Source of the DNA: Lutibacter sp.
GTDB lineage: Bacteria > Bacteroidota > Bacteroidia > Flavobacteriales > Flavobacteriaceae
Assembly (NCBI GenBank): GCA_018054895.1
Contig: JAGPIQ010000003.1
Location: forward strand, 662-64,661
Length of the DNA stretch: 64,000 nucleotides
Reading direction: 5' to 3'
In this document: piece after piece, positions 41,640 through 50,183 of the stretch
How the letters are laid out: each line of letters starts with the position of its first letter
How positions within the stretch are numbered: position 1 is the stretch's first letter
The notes under the pieces: generated by a model
The model's database searches: none
What the model saw: the letters and a program-made list of their open reading frames with translations, nothing else
Told to the model about the DNA's origin: nothing
Made by a program: the position numbers and the translations under genes

Positions 41640-42347
41640 TTACAATATTCCGAAAAAGATTGAAACATAATAAACACCAACTATCACAAAAATAATACCT
41701 GTAATAAGGCGAATCATTTTTTCGATTTTTACAATTTTGGTGTAAAATAGGCTAATATTTCCAGCTGCAAAAGCGAGTAGATAAGTAAATAGAATTACTG
41801 GAAGTCCTGTTCCAAAGGCAAATACAATTGGCAAATACAAACCATCTACACTTGAAATTGTGATAGGAATTAACATTCCAAAAAATAAAGCACCGCTATA
41901 TGGGCAAAACGCCAAGGCAAAAATAACACCAATTAAAAAAGAACCTAACAAACCTTTATCCTTAAATTTTTCGGATAGCTTTTCTTTGAAATTTGAGTTC
42001 CCTAAAAAATTAATTTTGATAATATTTAGCATTATCAACCCTATAATAATCAATAAAGGCCCTAAATATTTTTCGCCATTCTGGTTAAAAAATCGTGCTA
42101 TGTGAAACTTGCTCGCCCCAAAATACAAAATTAAACCAATGGCAGTATAACTAAACCCTCTTCCTAAAGAATATAACAACCCACTCAAAAACACTTTTCG
42201 CTTGCTGGAAATATTTTTAGAAATAAATGCCGTGGCGGTTATATTGGTAGCTAAAGGACACGGACTAATGGCTGTCATTAGTCCGAGTATAAATGCTGAT
42301 AAAATAGGAATGTTGTAATTTTCTAACAGCGATTGTAACAATTCCAT
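41640..42347 (-). CDS. arsG: ArsG-family (CcdA/DsbD-like) organoarsenical efflux permease
   Basis: AISPCPLATNI and ALAFCPYSG motifs; ars context. Confidence 0.8.
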   Translation of the reverse strand: MELLQSLLENYNIPILSAFILGLMTAISPCPLATNITATAFISKNISSKRKVFLSGLLYSLGRGFSYTAIGLILYFGASKFHIARFFNQNGEKYLGPLLIIIGLIMLNIIKINFLGNSNFKEKLSEKFKDKGLLGSFLIGVIFALAFCPYSGALFFGMLIPITISSVDGLYLPIVFAFGTGLPVILFTYLLAFAAGNISLFYTKIVKIEKMIRLITGIIFVIVGVYYVSIFFGIL

Positions 42348-42788
42348 TTATAAAGTTTTTAATTCAGCGTCAATTTTAGCTTTCAACCCTGTAGAAAATT
42401 TTTCTTTATCGGTTCCATTCATAAAAGCAAAATCAGTTAAATCTACTTGTTTTTCTTTTCCATTTTTCACGATATTCAAAAATAAAGATGTTCCAGAAGC
42501 TTCAAACTTTTCAGCAACTTTTTCGTTCACTTTTTCATCCACATTAATCGATTGAAACGTAATTTTCTTCCCTTTCAATTCTTTTGAAAAATAAGTATTT
42601 AATGTGTACTTTGTATTTGCTTCAATGGCATTACAAGTCATACATCTGTGTGTTGAATGAAAATCTATCACTTCTATTTTAGTACCTGATTTAGCTATAG
42701 ATTGTGCTTTACTTTTACTTTGTCCGTTGCACGCTGTTAGCATAAATCCGAATGCTGCAACCGCGAAAATTTTAATTAATTTATTCAT
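42348..42788 (-). CDS. arsF: ArsF-family thioredoxin-fold lipoprotein
   Basis: Lipobox LTAC; FHSTHRCMTC.AIE; adjacent to arsG. Confidence 0.75.
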   Translation of the reverse strand: MNKLIKIFAVAAFGFMLTACNGQSKSKAQSIAKSGTKIEVIDFHSTHRCMTCNAIEANTKYTLNTYFSKELKGKKITFQSINVDEKVNEKVAEKFEASGTSLFLNIVKNGKEKQVDLTDFAFMNGTDKEKFSTGLKAKIDAELKTL

Positions 42789-42825
42789 TGTTTTTATTTT
42801 ATTTGTGAATATTCTAGCTGATTTT

Positions 42826-43803
42826 CTATAATATTATATTGAATAAATACCCTGAAATAATAATACAGAGCGTAACTATACTAAAAAAGATAGCAATCAA
42901 TTTTACCGTCATTACTTTCTTTAAAAGCATCGCTTCTGGTAGTGAAAGACCAACAACACCCATCATAAAGGCAATTGCAGTTCCTAAAGGAATTCCTTTA
43001 GCTACTAAAACTTGCGCCACTGGCAATATACCTGAAGCATTGGTGTACATTGGAACCGCTAAAATAGTTGCAATAGGTACCGCAAACCAATTGTCTTTCG
43101 ACATATATTTTTCAAAAAATCCTTCTGGAACATAACCGTGCATTAAACCTCCAATAGCAATTCCAACCAAAACATACGGAATAATACCTTTTAAAATAGT
43201 ACTCGATTCGTTCCATATTGAAGGTAATCTATCTTTTAATGTGGCATTTTTCTGTTCAAAAATTTCAGTTTCTCTTTGTGCGTTTTCCAATACTTGCTTC
43301 ACCCAAGGCGATAAATATTTTTCGAGCTTTAATTTTTGAAGAATCATTCCTGAAATGGTTCCTAATAAAATACCGCTAATTACATAAATTATGGTCGTTT
43401 TCAAACCGAACAAGCCAATAAACAGACCAATAGCAACTTCATTAACCAATGGCGATGTTACCAAAAAAGAGAATGTTACTCCCAAAGGAATTCCTCCTTT
43501 TACAAAACCTATAAATAGCGGAACTGATGAACAGGAACAAAACGGCGTAACAACACCAAATAAGGATGCCATTAAATACTCAAAACCATATAATTTTTTT
43601 CGAGACAAAAAATTTTTAACTTTTTCAACAGGAAAATAGCTATTAACTATTCCCATTAAAAAAATGATAACAAAAACAAGTAATAAAATCTTTATAGAAT
43701 CATAAATAAAGAAATTTAAAGCCTCGGACAAGTGTTTTCCTACTTCTAATTTAAAAATATCATAAACCAGCCAATCCGCTAATTGTTGAATCCAATCGAA
43801 CAT
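42826..43803 (-). CDS. arsP: ArsP-family permease (DUF318)
   Basis: TPFCSCSSVPLF, SPLVNE, VPMY, LSLPE. Confidence 0.88.
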   Translation of the reverse strand: MFDWIQQLADWLVYDIFKLEVGKHLSEALNFFIYDSIKILLLVFVIIFLMGIVNSYFPVEKVKNFLSRKKLYGFEYLMASLFGVVTPFCSCSSVPLFIGFVKGGIPLGVTFSFLVTSPLVNEVAIGLFIGLFGLKTTIIYVISGILLGTISGMILQKLKLEKYLSPWVKQVLENAQRETEIFEQKNATLKDRLPSIWNESSTILKGIIPYVLVGIAIGGLMHGYVPEGFFEKYMSKDNWFAVPIATILAVPMYTNASGILPVAQVLVAKGIPLGTAIAFMMGVVGLSLPEAMLLKKVMTVKLIAIFFSIVTLCIIISGYLFNIIL

Positions 43804-43813
43804 ACCGTTTTAT

Positions 43814-44092
43814 TTAGCAACAAGAAGAATTGTCAGCTGAACTACAACACGGTTTTTCTTCTAATAGTAATTTTACTTCTTCCGCAGTTGGTACTTTTCC
43901 TTTAAAAACGACTTTTTCATCAATAACAATAGCAGGAGTACTCATTACATTGTAATTCATAATTTCCATAATATCTGTCACTTTTACTATAGTAGCTTCA
44001 ACCCCTAATTGTCCTACAACGGATGCCACAACTTTTTCGGTTGAAACACAACTTGGACAACCTGTTCCTAATATTTTAATTACTTTACTCAT
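43814..44092 (-). CDS. Small redox-active disulfide (thioredoxin-like) protein with Cys-rich tail
   Basis: ILGTGCPSC, VMSTPAIVID; tail CCSSADNSSCC. Confidence 0.9.
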   Translation of the reverse strand: MSKVIKILGTGCPSCVSTEKVVASVVGQLGVEATIVKVTDIMEIMNYNVMSTPAIVIDEKVVFKGKVPTAEEVKLLLEEKPCCSSADNSSCC

Positions 44093-44112
44093 AATTTATT
44101 AAATTTTTGTTT

Positions 44113-44128
44113 ATCGCCAATAAGCGAT
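44113..44128. promoter_or_regulatory. ArsR-type operator copy 1
   Basis: ATCGCCAATAAGCGAT palindrome. Confidence 0.65.
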
Positions 44129-44146
44129 TTGATTATTAAAAAAATA

Positions 44147-44452
44147 TCAATCAAAAAATTGTTGAAATAACGTTTTAGCGATATTCCAGTTTTTTTGATT
44201 GATACAATACTTTATTTTTGGTGATTTTAATTCTCCTTGAATAAGACCCGCATTTTTCAATTCTTTTAAATGCTGTGAAATTGTAGATTGCGCCAAAGGA
44301 AATACCTCTACCAAATCGCCTGTAAAACAACACGATTGATTTTCCAAATGCTTTAAAATAGCGATACGTGTTGGATGTCCTAACGCTTTGGCGAATTTAG
44401 CCAACGCTTCAGTATCCTCTTCATATTCTATATGTTCTAAACTTCGTTTCAA
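44147..44452 (-). CDS. arsR: ArsR/SmtB repressor
   Basis: KALGHPTRI, CC.GDL, LAQSTISQHLKELK, YC. Confidence 0.95.
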   Translation of the reverse strand: MKRSLEHIEYEEDTEALAKFAKALGHPTRIAILKHLENQSCCFTGDLVEVFPLAQSTISQHLKELKNAGLIQGELKSPKIKYCINQKNWNIAKTLFQQFFD

Positions 44453-44467
44453 ATGGTTATATTTCTA

Positions 44468-44483
44468 ATCGTAAATGTACGAT
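44468..44483. promoter_or_regulatory. ArsR-type operator copy 2
   Basis: ATCGTAAATGTACGAT palindrome overlapping -7-like TACATTTA on minus strand. Confidence 0.72.
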
Positions 44484-44540
44484 TGGTTTTTTAAGTGAAT
44501 TATGATAAACATCATTTTTTTGATAAAAAATAAATCTTCT

Positions 44541-45257
44541 TTATTTTGCTAATCGTAAAGCAACTGCAAGCGCATTATCAAATTCGCTTTCTTCTATAGC
44601 TTTTGCCGCTTTTTCAATATCGTACTCCACCCTTCTAAAAGTAACCTTAATATCCGAAATTGATGCTTGATTAAAGTCTACAACAGCATAACAACCTCTC
44701 ACGTCGCCATCTTTTGGTTTTCCTACAGAACCAACATTAACAATGTGTTTTACCTTATTTTCACTTTTAATTATACGATGAAATGGCTTGTGCGTATGTC
44801 CACATAATAACACATCTGTTTTATGCTGTTCCATCATTTCTAACACTTCCTTTTCAGGATAGTCTTCCACCATATAATCATTAATCGCTTTTACACTTCC
44901 GTGCACCATTAATACATTAAAAAACTCATCCCCATCCGCAAAAGAAAGTGACAAATGCCTTGGAAGATTTATTAAATAATCTCGATTCTTTTCGCTTACC
45001 AAAGCACGCGTTAACCTTTTGTTTGAAGGTCGATCTTTAATAATTCTAGGTTTCAAAAGTGCCTCATCGTGGTTTCCCATAATGGTTGGTATTTGTCTTT
45101 TTCGAATTTCATCTACTACTTCATTCGCCCAAATATTATAACCCACTAAATCTCCCAAACAATAAATTGCATCTGGTTTTATTAATTCTATATCTTTAAA
45201 AAAAGATTCCAACGCTGGTAAATTTGCGTGTATATCTGAAAAGAAAACTACCTTCAT
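44541..45257 (-). CDS. Calcineurin-like metallophosphoesterase (ars-associated)
   Basis: SDIHAN, GDLVG, GNHD, HGS, GHTH, NVGSVG. Confidence 0.93.
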   Translation of the reverse strand: MKVVFFSDIHANLPALESFFKDIELIKPDAIYCLGDLVGYNIWANEVVDEIRKRQIPTIMGNHDEALLKPRIIKDRPSNKRLTRALVSEKNRDYLINLPRHLSLSFADGDEFFNVLMVHGSVKAINDYMVEDYPEKEVLEMMEQHKTDVLLCGHTHKPFHRIIKSENKVKHIVNVGSVGKPKDGDVRGCYAVVDFNQASISDIKVTFRRVEYDIEKAAKAIEESEFDNALAVALRLAK

Positions 45258-46303
45258 ACTGCTACTGGTTTATCGTAATATTTTTTCTTCAACCAAAAAG
45301 AAACACGCACTAACAATATTAATGCAGGAACTTCCACCAACGGACCAATTACACCTGTAAATGCTTGTCCAGAATTCAACCCAAAAACTGCTATTGCCAC
45401 TGCTATTGCCAATTCAAAATTATTTCCGGCAGCTGTAAAAGCGACTGCTGTGGTTTTGTCATAGGTTGCTCCCATTGCTTTTGTAGTGAAAAACCCAATA
45501 AAAAACATAATTATAAAATAAATTAACAATGGCACTGCTATTAATAAAACATCAAAAGGTAATTGAACAATTACTTCTCCTTTCAACGAAAACATGACCA
45601 CAATTGTAAACAATAAAGCGATTAATGTTAGTGGCGAAACTGTTGGAATAAATTTTGTTGTGTACCATTCTTCTCCCTTCAACTTTACTAAAATTTGTCT
45701 GCTTAAAATTCCCAATAAAAAAGGAACTCCTAAATAAATAGCGACACTTTCAGCAATTGTACCTATTGAAATATCTACAATAGCACCTTCAAACCCAAAA
45801 TACGGAGGCAATACCGTAATAAATAACCAGGCATAAAAACTAAAGGCGAAAACTTGAAAAATACTATTCAACGCCACTAAACCAGCACCATATTCGCTAC
45901 TTCCTTCAGCTAAGTCATTCCAGACCAACACCATAGCAATACAACGCGCCAAGCCAATTAAAATTAACCCAACCATATATTCTGGATACTCTTGCAAGAA
46001 AATAAGTGCTAATGCAAACATTAAAACAGGACCGATTATCCAATTTAATACTAATGAAATACTTAAAATTTTGACATTCTTAAATATTTTTGGTAACAAG
46101 GCATAATTCACTTTTGCCAAAGGTGGATACATCATAACAATCAACCCAATGGCAATTGGAATATTGGTGGTTCCGCTACTTAACGAGTTTATAACTGTTG
46201 AAAATGAAGGGACAAAATATCCAATTCCGACTCCAATTAACATTGCGGAAAAAATCCATAATGTTAGGTAACTATCTAAAAAACCGAGTTTTCTTTTCAT
46301 CAT
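45254..46303 (-). CDS. acr3: Acr3 arsenite efflux transporter
   Basis: [40 protein letters not shown]. Confidence 0.97.
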   Translation of the reverse strand: MMKRKLGFLDSYLTLWIFSAMLIGVGIGYFVPSFSTVINSLSSGTTNIPIAIGLIVMMYPPLAKVNYALLPKIFKNVKILSISLVLNWIIGPVLMFALALIFLQEYPEYMVGLILIGLARCIAMVLVWNDLAEGSSEYGAGLVALNSIFQVFAFSFYAWLFITVLPPYFGFEGAIVDISIGTIAESVAIYLGVPFLLGILSRQILVKLKGEEWYTTKFIPTVSPLTLIALLFTIVVMFSLKGEVIVQLPFDVLLIAVPLLIYFIIMFFIGFFTTKAMGATYDKTTAVAFTAAGNNFELAIAVAIAVFGLNSGQAFTGVIGPLVEVPALILLVRVSFWLKKKYYDKPVAV

Positions 46304-46917
46304 TAATTTTTTATTTGTGAAAAAACAAAAAACATTTCAGACGCAATTTGCAAGCTGCGCTCTACGTACTTTTCTTCTTGCTGCGGTGTATTATCGAATG
46401 CTTTTGGATCGTCATATTTTACAGGAATTCGTTTTTCAGCACCAGGAATAAACGGACAACCAGCATCCGCATTATTACACGTCATAATTGCAGCAAATTC
46501 GTTTTGAGGATTGAAAACCGCATCATACGTTTTTGAAAAACCAATAACAGGATGCGCATTTTCATCATATTTTATTGAATGTACAGGATTTGTTCCTTCT
46601 GACAACATTTCAATTTGAAAACCAGCATTTTCCAACGCTTTAGCTGACATATGAAACAACGCTGTAGCCTCAGTTCCACCTGAATAACACACTACATTTT
46701 TCACCTTAAAATAATGCGCCATTGTTTGCGCCCAAACTTGCGTTAAATGACTTCTACGTGAATTATGTGTACAAATAAAATTTAAATTCACATTTTTCCC
46801 TGCTGAAACTTTTAATTGAACATAGTCAATTAACGGTTTTAATACTTCTTTTCGCTCTTGACTTACTTCAACATTTTTTACTAAAATAATTGTTTTTTCA
46901 ATATCTTTTAATACCAT
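46303..46917 (-). CDS. arsC: LMW-PTP-family arsenate reductase-like protein
   Basis: [10 protein letters not shown] (Cx5R), MTC...GCP, DDPK. Confidence 0.8.
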   Translation of the reverse strand: MVLKDIEKTIILVKNVEVSQERKEVLKPLIDYVQLKVSAGKNVNLNFICTHNSRRSHLTQVWAQTMAHYFKVKNVVCYSGGTEATALFHMSAKALENAGFQIEMLSEGTNPVHSIKYDENAHPVIGFSKTYDAVFNPQNEFAAIMTCNNADAGCPFIPGAEKRIPVKYDDPKAFDNTPQQEEKYVERSLQIASEMFFVFSQIKN

Positions 46918-46963
46918 TTTTAAATCATTTAATGTTTTATTTCTTTTGAAAAATATATTTCAC

Positions 46964-47437
46964 TTAACAACAATTTGAATCTGGCGAACAACAATTAGCA
47001 GTTTCATTCCCTAAATCAATTAGTTTTACCTTCGTTTTTCCCTGAGGAATGCCACAATTATCTTTAGCCAAACACGCAGTTTGTTTGGTGGTTAACAAGA
47101 AATTCTTCCCATCAAAATCCAACCCATATTTACCAATAGTAGCACTCTGGAATTCAACTTCAATTTCCAAATCGCCTAAATCCAACAACTTGTCTGAAAG
47201 TTCAATAATATGAATTAATTTTTCAGGGTGTAAACGATGGTCGTAGTCGTTTTCTTTCCATAATTGAAAATTTGCGACCACTTCGTTTCTTAATGTTCCG
47301 CCACAATCAATAAAATGTTTGGTTACTTTTCCAACTTCTGTCACATGAAAATGACTTGGAACTAATTCTCCATTTGGTAATTGAAATCCAATTTCATTCA
47401 ACTGACTTAACTGTTTTTTTATTTCTTGAATCGTCAT
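46964..47437 (-). CDS. DUF6428-like ars-associated protein
   Basis: HFHVTEVG...FIDCGG; TACLA...CG; tail CCSPDSNCC. Confidence 0.8.
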   Translation of the reverse strand: MTIQEIKKQLSQLNEIGFQLPNGELVPSHFHVTEVGKVTKHFIDCGGTLRNEVVANFQLWKENDYDHRLHPEKLIHIIELSDKLLDLGDLEIEVEFQSATIGKYGLDFDGKNFLLTTKQTACLAKDNCGIPQGKTKVKLIDLGNETANCCSPDSNCC

Positions 47438-47452
47438 ATTTTTTTTAATTAA

Positions 47453-47788
47453 TTAGGAGCAACAGTTATCTACACAAGCACTATCTTGGTTTAAAAAACC
47501 GATTAAAAGTTGCTTTTTACTATGCCAAACTTCATTATTAATACAATAACAAACACTGGTTCCTTCCGTAGTTCCTTTAATAATCCCTAAATTTTTTAGT
47601 TCCTTTAAATGTTGAGAAATTGTTGGTTGCGCCAAACCTATTTCTTCCACCAAATCACCACAAACACAGGCATTCTTTTTAAATAAATGTTGAAGAATGG
47701 CAACTCTTGCTGGATGTGAAAATACTTTGGCGATAACCGCAATTTCATTTTGTTCATCATTAAAAAATGTTGTTTTTGAGCTTCCCAT
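47453..47788 (-). CDS. arsR: ArsR/SmtB repressor
   Basis: HPARVAI, CVCGDLV, LAQPTISQHLKELK, VCYC. Confidence 0.96.
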   Translation of the reverse strand: MGSSKTTFFNDEQNEIAVIAKVFSHPARVAILQHLFKKNACVCGDLVEEIGLAQPTISQHLKELKNLGIIKGTTEGTSVCYCINNEVWHSKKQLLIGFLNQDSACVDNCCS

Positions 47789-47805
47789 AATTGCTTTATT
47801 TGTTT

Positions 47806-47821
47806 ATTGCAATATTACGAT
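47806..47821. promoter_or_regulatory. ArsR-type operator copy 3
   Basis: ATTGCAATATTACGAT palindrome overlapping -7-like TAATATTG on minus strand. Confidence 0.72.
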
Positions 47822-47894
47822 TAATAAATAAATACCAAACTATTTTAAACCTTTTTTGTTTTCTGAAGTCTAAAATTTTAAAACCACAACAGAT

Positions 47895-49118
47895 ATGTCT
47901 AAATTTTTAAAACTCAATTGGATACTTATCAGTCTTTTAACTTTTGCCACTTGCAGTAATGACGATTCAATTAAAGTTGAACCATCAACAGTACTTCCTG
48001 TAACTGGTAAACCATATACAATTGTGGATACTGGCATCATCGATTTTTACAGTAATACTTCTAAAATTTCAACACCAGCAAGCACTCAAATCTATTATGG
48101 ACAAGATGCTACATATATTGGAAATCAACCTTCCTATACAAATAATGGAGATGGCACTGTTACCGATAATATAACAGGGTTGCAATGGGAAAAAGATATG
48201 GGCACCAAAATAACTTTTGATGAAGCGTTTTCAAAAGCTACAAAGTCTACTTTAGGCAACCATACCGATTGGAGAGTTCCAACTTTAAAAGAATTATATT
48301 CTTTAATCCAATTTACAGGTCAGGTAAAAGGAGCAGTAGCTATCAAATTTTTTATTGATACCAATTATTTCAATCAACCTTTAGGAGATACTTCTATTGG
48401 TGAACGTGAAATTGATGCCCAAACTTGGTCTTCTACGGAATATGTTGGAAAAACAATGTATGGAGATGAAACAGTTTTTGGCGTAAATTTTGTTGATGGA
48501 CGTATTAAAGGATATCCGAAATACAAACCAAATACGGGTGCTGCAAATACTATGTATTTTAGAATGGTTAGAGGAAATACAGCTTACGGAAAAAACAATT
48601 TTATTGATAACGGAGACGGAACAATTAGCGATTTAGCCACTGGATTAATGTGGCAAAAGGCAGATGATGGAATTGCTAAAGACTGGGCTACATCTTTAGC
48701 TTACGGAGAAAATTTAACGCTAGGAAATAAATCCGATTGGCGTTTGCCAAATGCCAAAGAATTACAAAGCATTGTCGATTATTCTCGATCGCCGCAAACT
48801 ACAAATTCACCCGCCATAAATCCCATTTTTAACACCACTGCAATTTTAGATCCTGATGGAAATGCTAGTAACTATCCTTATTTTTGGACCAGCACTACAC
48901 ATTTAGATGGTGTAAATCCGTATGCAAGTGCAGTTTATATCGCTTTTGGTGAAGGTCAAGGAGAAATGAATGGTGTTTTAATGGATGTTCACGGAGCTGG
49001 TTGCCAACGTAGTGATCCTAAAAGTGGAGTTAGAAGCGATTATCCGCAATTTTTTGGACCACAAGGTGATGTGCGTTATGTGTACAACTATGTTAGATGC
49101 GTAAGAACAATTCAATAA
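47895..49118 (+). CDS. Lipoprotein with two DUF1566 (Lcl C-terminal) domains
   Basis: Two NGDGT..D..TGL.W...DWR.P..KEL.S...W.ST...R.VR repeats; lipobox FATC. Confidence 0.9.
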   Translation: MSKFLKLNWILISLLTFATCSNDDSIKVEPSTVLPVTGKPYTIVDTGIIDFYSNTSKISTPASTQIYYGQDATYIGNQPSYTNNGDGTVTDNITGLQWEKDMGTKITFDEAFSKATKSTLGNHTDWRVPTLKELYSLIQFTGQVKGAVAIKFFIDTNYFNQPLGDTSIGEREIDAQTWSSTEYVGKTMYGDETVFGVNFVDGRIKGYPKYKPNTGAANTMYFRMVRGNTAYGKNNFIDNGDGTISDLATGLMWQKADDGIAKDWATSLAYGENLTLGNKSDWRLPNAKELQSIVDYSRSPQTTNSPAINPIFNTTAILDPDGNASNYPYFWTSTTHLDGVNPYASAVYIAFGEGQGEMNGVLMDVHGAGCQRSDPKSGVRSDYPQFFGPQGDVRYVYNYVRCVRTIQ

Positions 49119-49127
49119 AATTTGATC

Positions 49128-49721
49128 TTATTCTTCTTTTGGAAACGCTTTTTTATTGAAAATAATTAATAAACCAACAGCAATTGAAATAGCTGAATCG
49201 GCTACGTTAAAAATAGCATTGAAAAAAGTAAACGGTTTTCCACCCCAAATTGGCAACCAGTCTGGTAGAATTCCTTTCCAAATAGGGAAATACAGCATAT
49301 CTACTACTTTCCCGTGAAATAATTCGCCATACGGCTGATCTGCAAACATAGTAGCCACATCATTTACTGGTGTATCGAAAATAATTCCATAAAAAACGGA
49401 GTCTAAAATATTCCCTAAAGCTCCAGCAAATATTAATGAAATTGAAACAATTAATATTGAATGTGCTTTCGTTTTAACAGCAGTATATAGCCAATAACCA
49501 ATTCCGGTGATGGCTACCAAACGGAATAATGTTAGAAATAATTTCCCTGCTCTTCCTCCAAACTCAGCACCCCAAGCCATTCCGTTATTTTCAATAAAAT
49601 GAATTCTAAACCAATCAAAAACAAACACTTCTTCGCCATATAAAAAATGAGTTTTTATATAAATTTTGCTTATTTGATCAATTAATAAAACCGTAAAAAT
49701 AATGAATAATGCTTTTTTCAA
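49128..49721 (-). CDS. lspA: Lipoprotein signal peptidase
   Basis: DQISK, N.GMAWG, GALGNILD, VVDM, IFNVAD. Confidence 0.97.
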   Translation of the reverse strand: MKKALFIIFTVLLIDQISKIYIKTHFLYGEEVFVFDWFRIHFIENNGMAWGAEFGGRAGKLFLTLFRLVAITGIGYWLYTAVKTKAHSILIVSISLIFAGALGNILDSVFYGIIFDTPVNDVATMFADQPYGELFHGKVVDMLYFPIWKGILPDWLPIWGGKPFTFFNAIFNVADSAISIAVGLLIIFNKKAFPKEE

Positions 49722-49752
49722 TTTGAACTGAATTTGGTTATTTTTTAAAATT

Positions 49753-49784
49753 AATGAAGCCTCCTTACAAAAGGAAGCTTCATT
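49753..49784. terminator. Hairpin between dksA-like gene and lspA
   Basis: AATGAAGCcTCCTT-acaa-AAGGAAGCTTCATT. Confidence 0.55.
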
Positions 49785-49805
49785 TATAAATTATACTATA
49801 TGATC

Positions 49806-50180
49806 TTATTGTAAATTTTTTGCTTCAATACTTAACGTAGCGTGAGGCACCAATTTTAAACGTTGTTTTGCAATTAACTTACCTGTAACTCTACAAATTC
49901 CGTATGTTTTATTTTCAATACGAATCAACGCATTTTTTAGATCTCTGATGAATTTTTCTTGACGAATTGCTAAAGCCACGTTTGCCTCTTTTGACATTGT
50001 TTCAGATCCCTCTTCAAACGCTTTAAATGTTGGTGACGTATCATCCGTTCCGTTATTTGAGTCGTTTTTAAACGCACTTTTAATCAGCGCTAAATCTTCC
50101 TCTGCATATTCAATTTTCTTCTGAATTAATTCTTTAAATTCTGCTAAATCACTATCTGAATATCTATTATTTTCGTCCAT
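49806..50180 (-). CDS. TraR/DksA family regulator
   Basis: AL.RIENKTYGIC...I...RL..VPHATLS; located between ileS and lspA. Confidence 0.92.
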   Translation of the reverse strand: MDENNRYSDSDLAEFKELIQKKIEYAEEDLALIKSAFKNDSNNGTDDTSPTFKAFEEGSETMSKEANVALAIRQEKFIRDLKNALIRIENKTYGICRVTGKLIAKQRLKLVPHATLSIEAKNLQ

Positions 50181-50183
50181 AAC

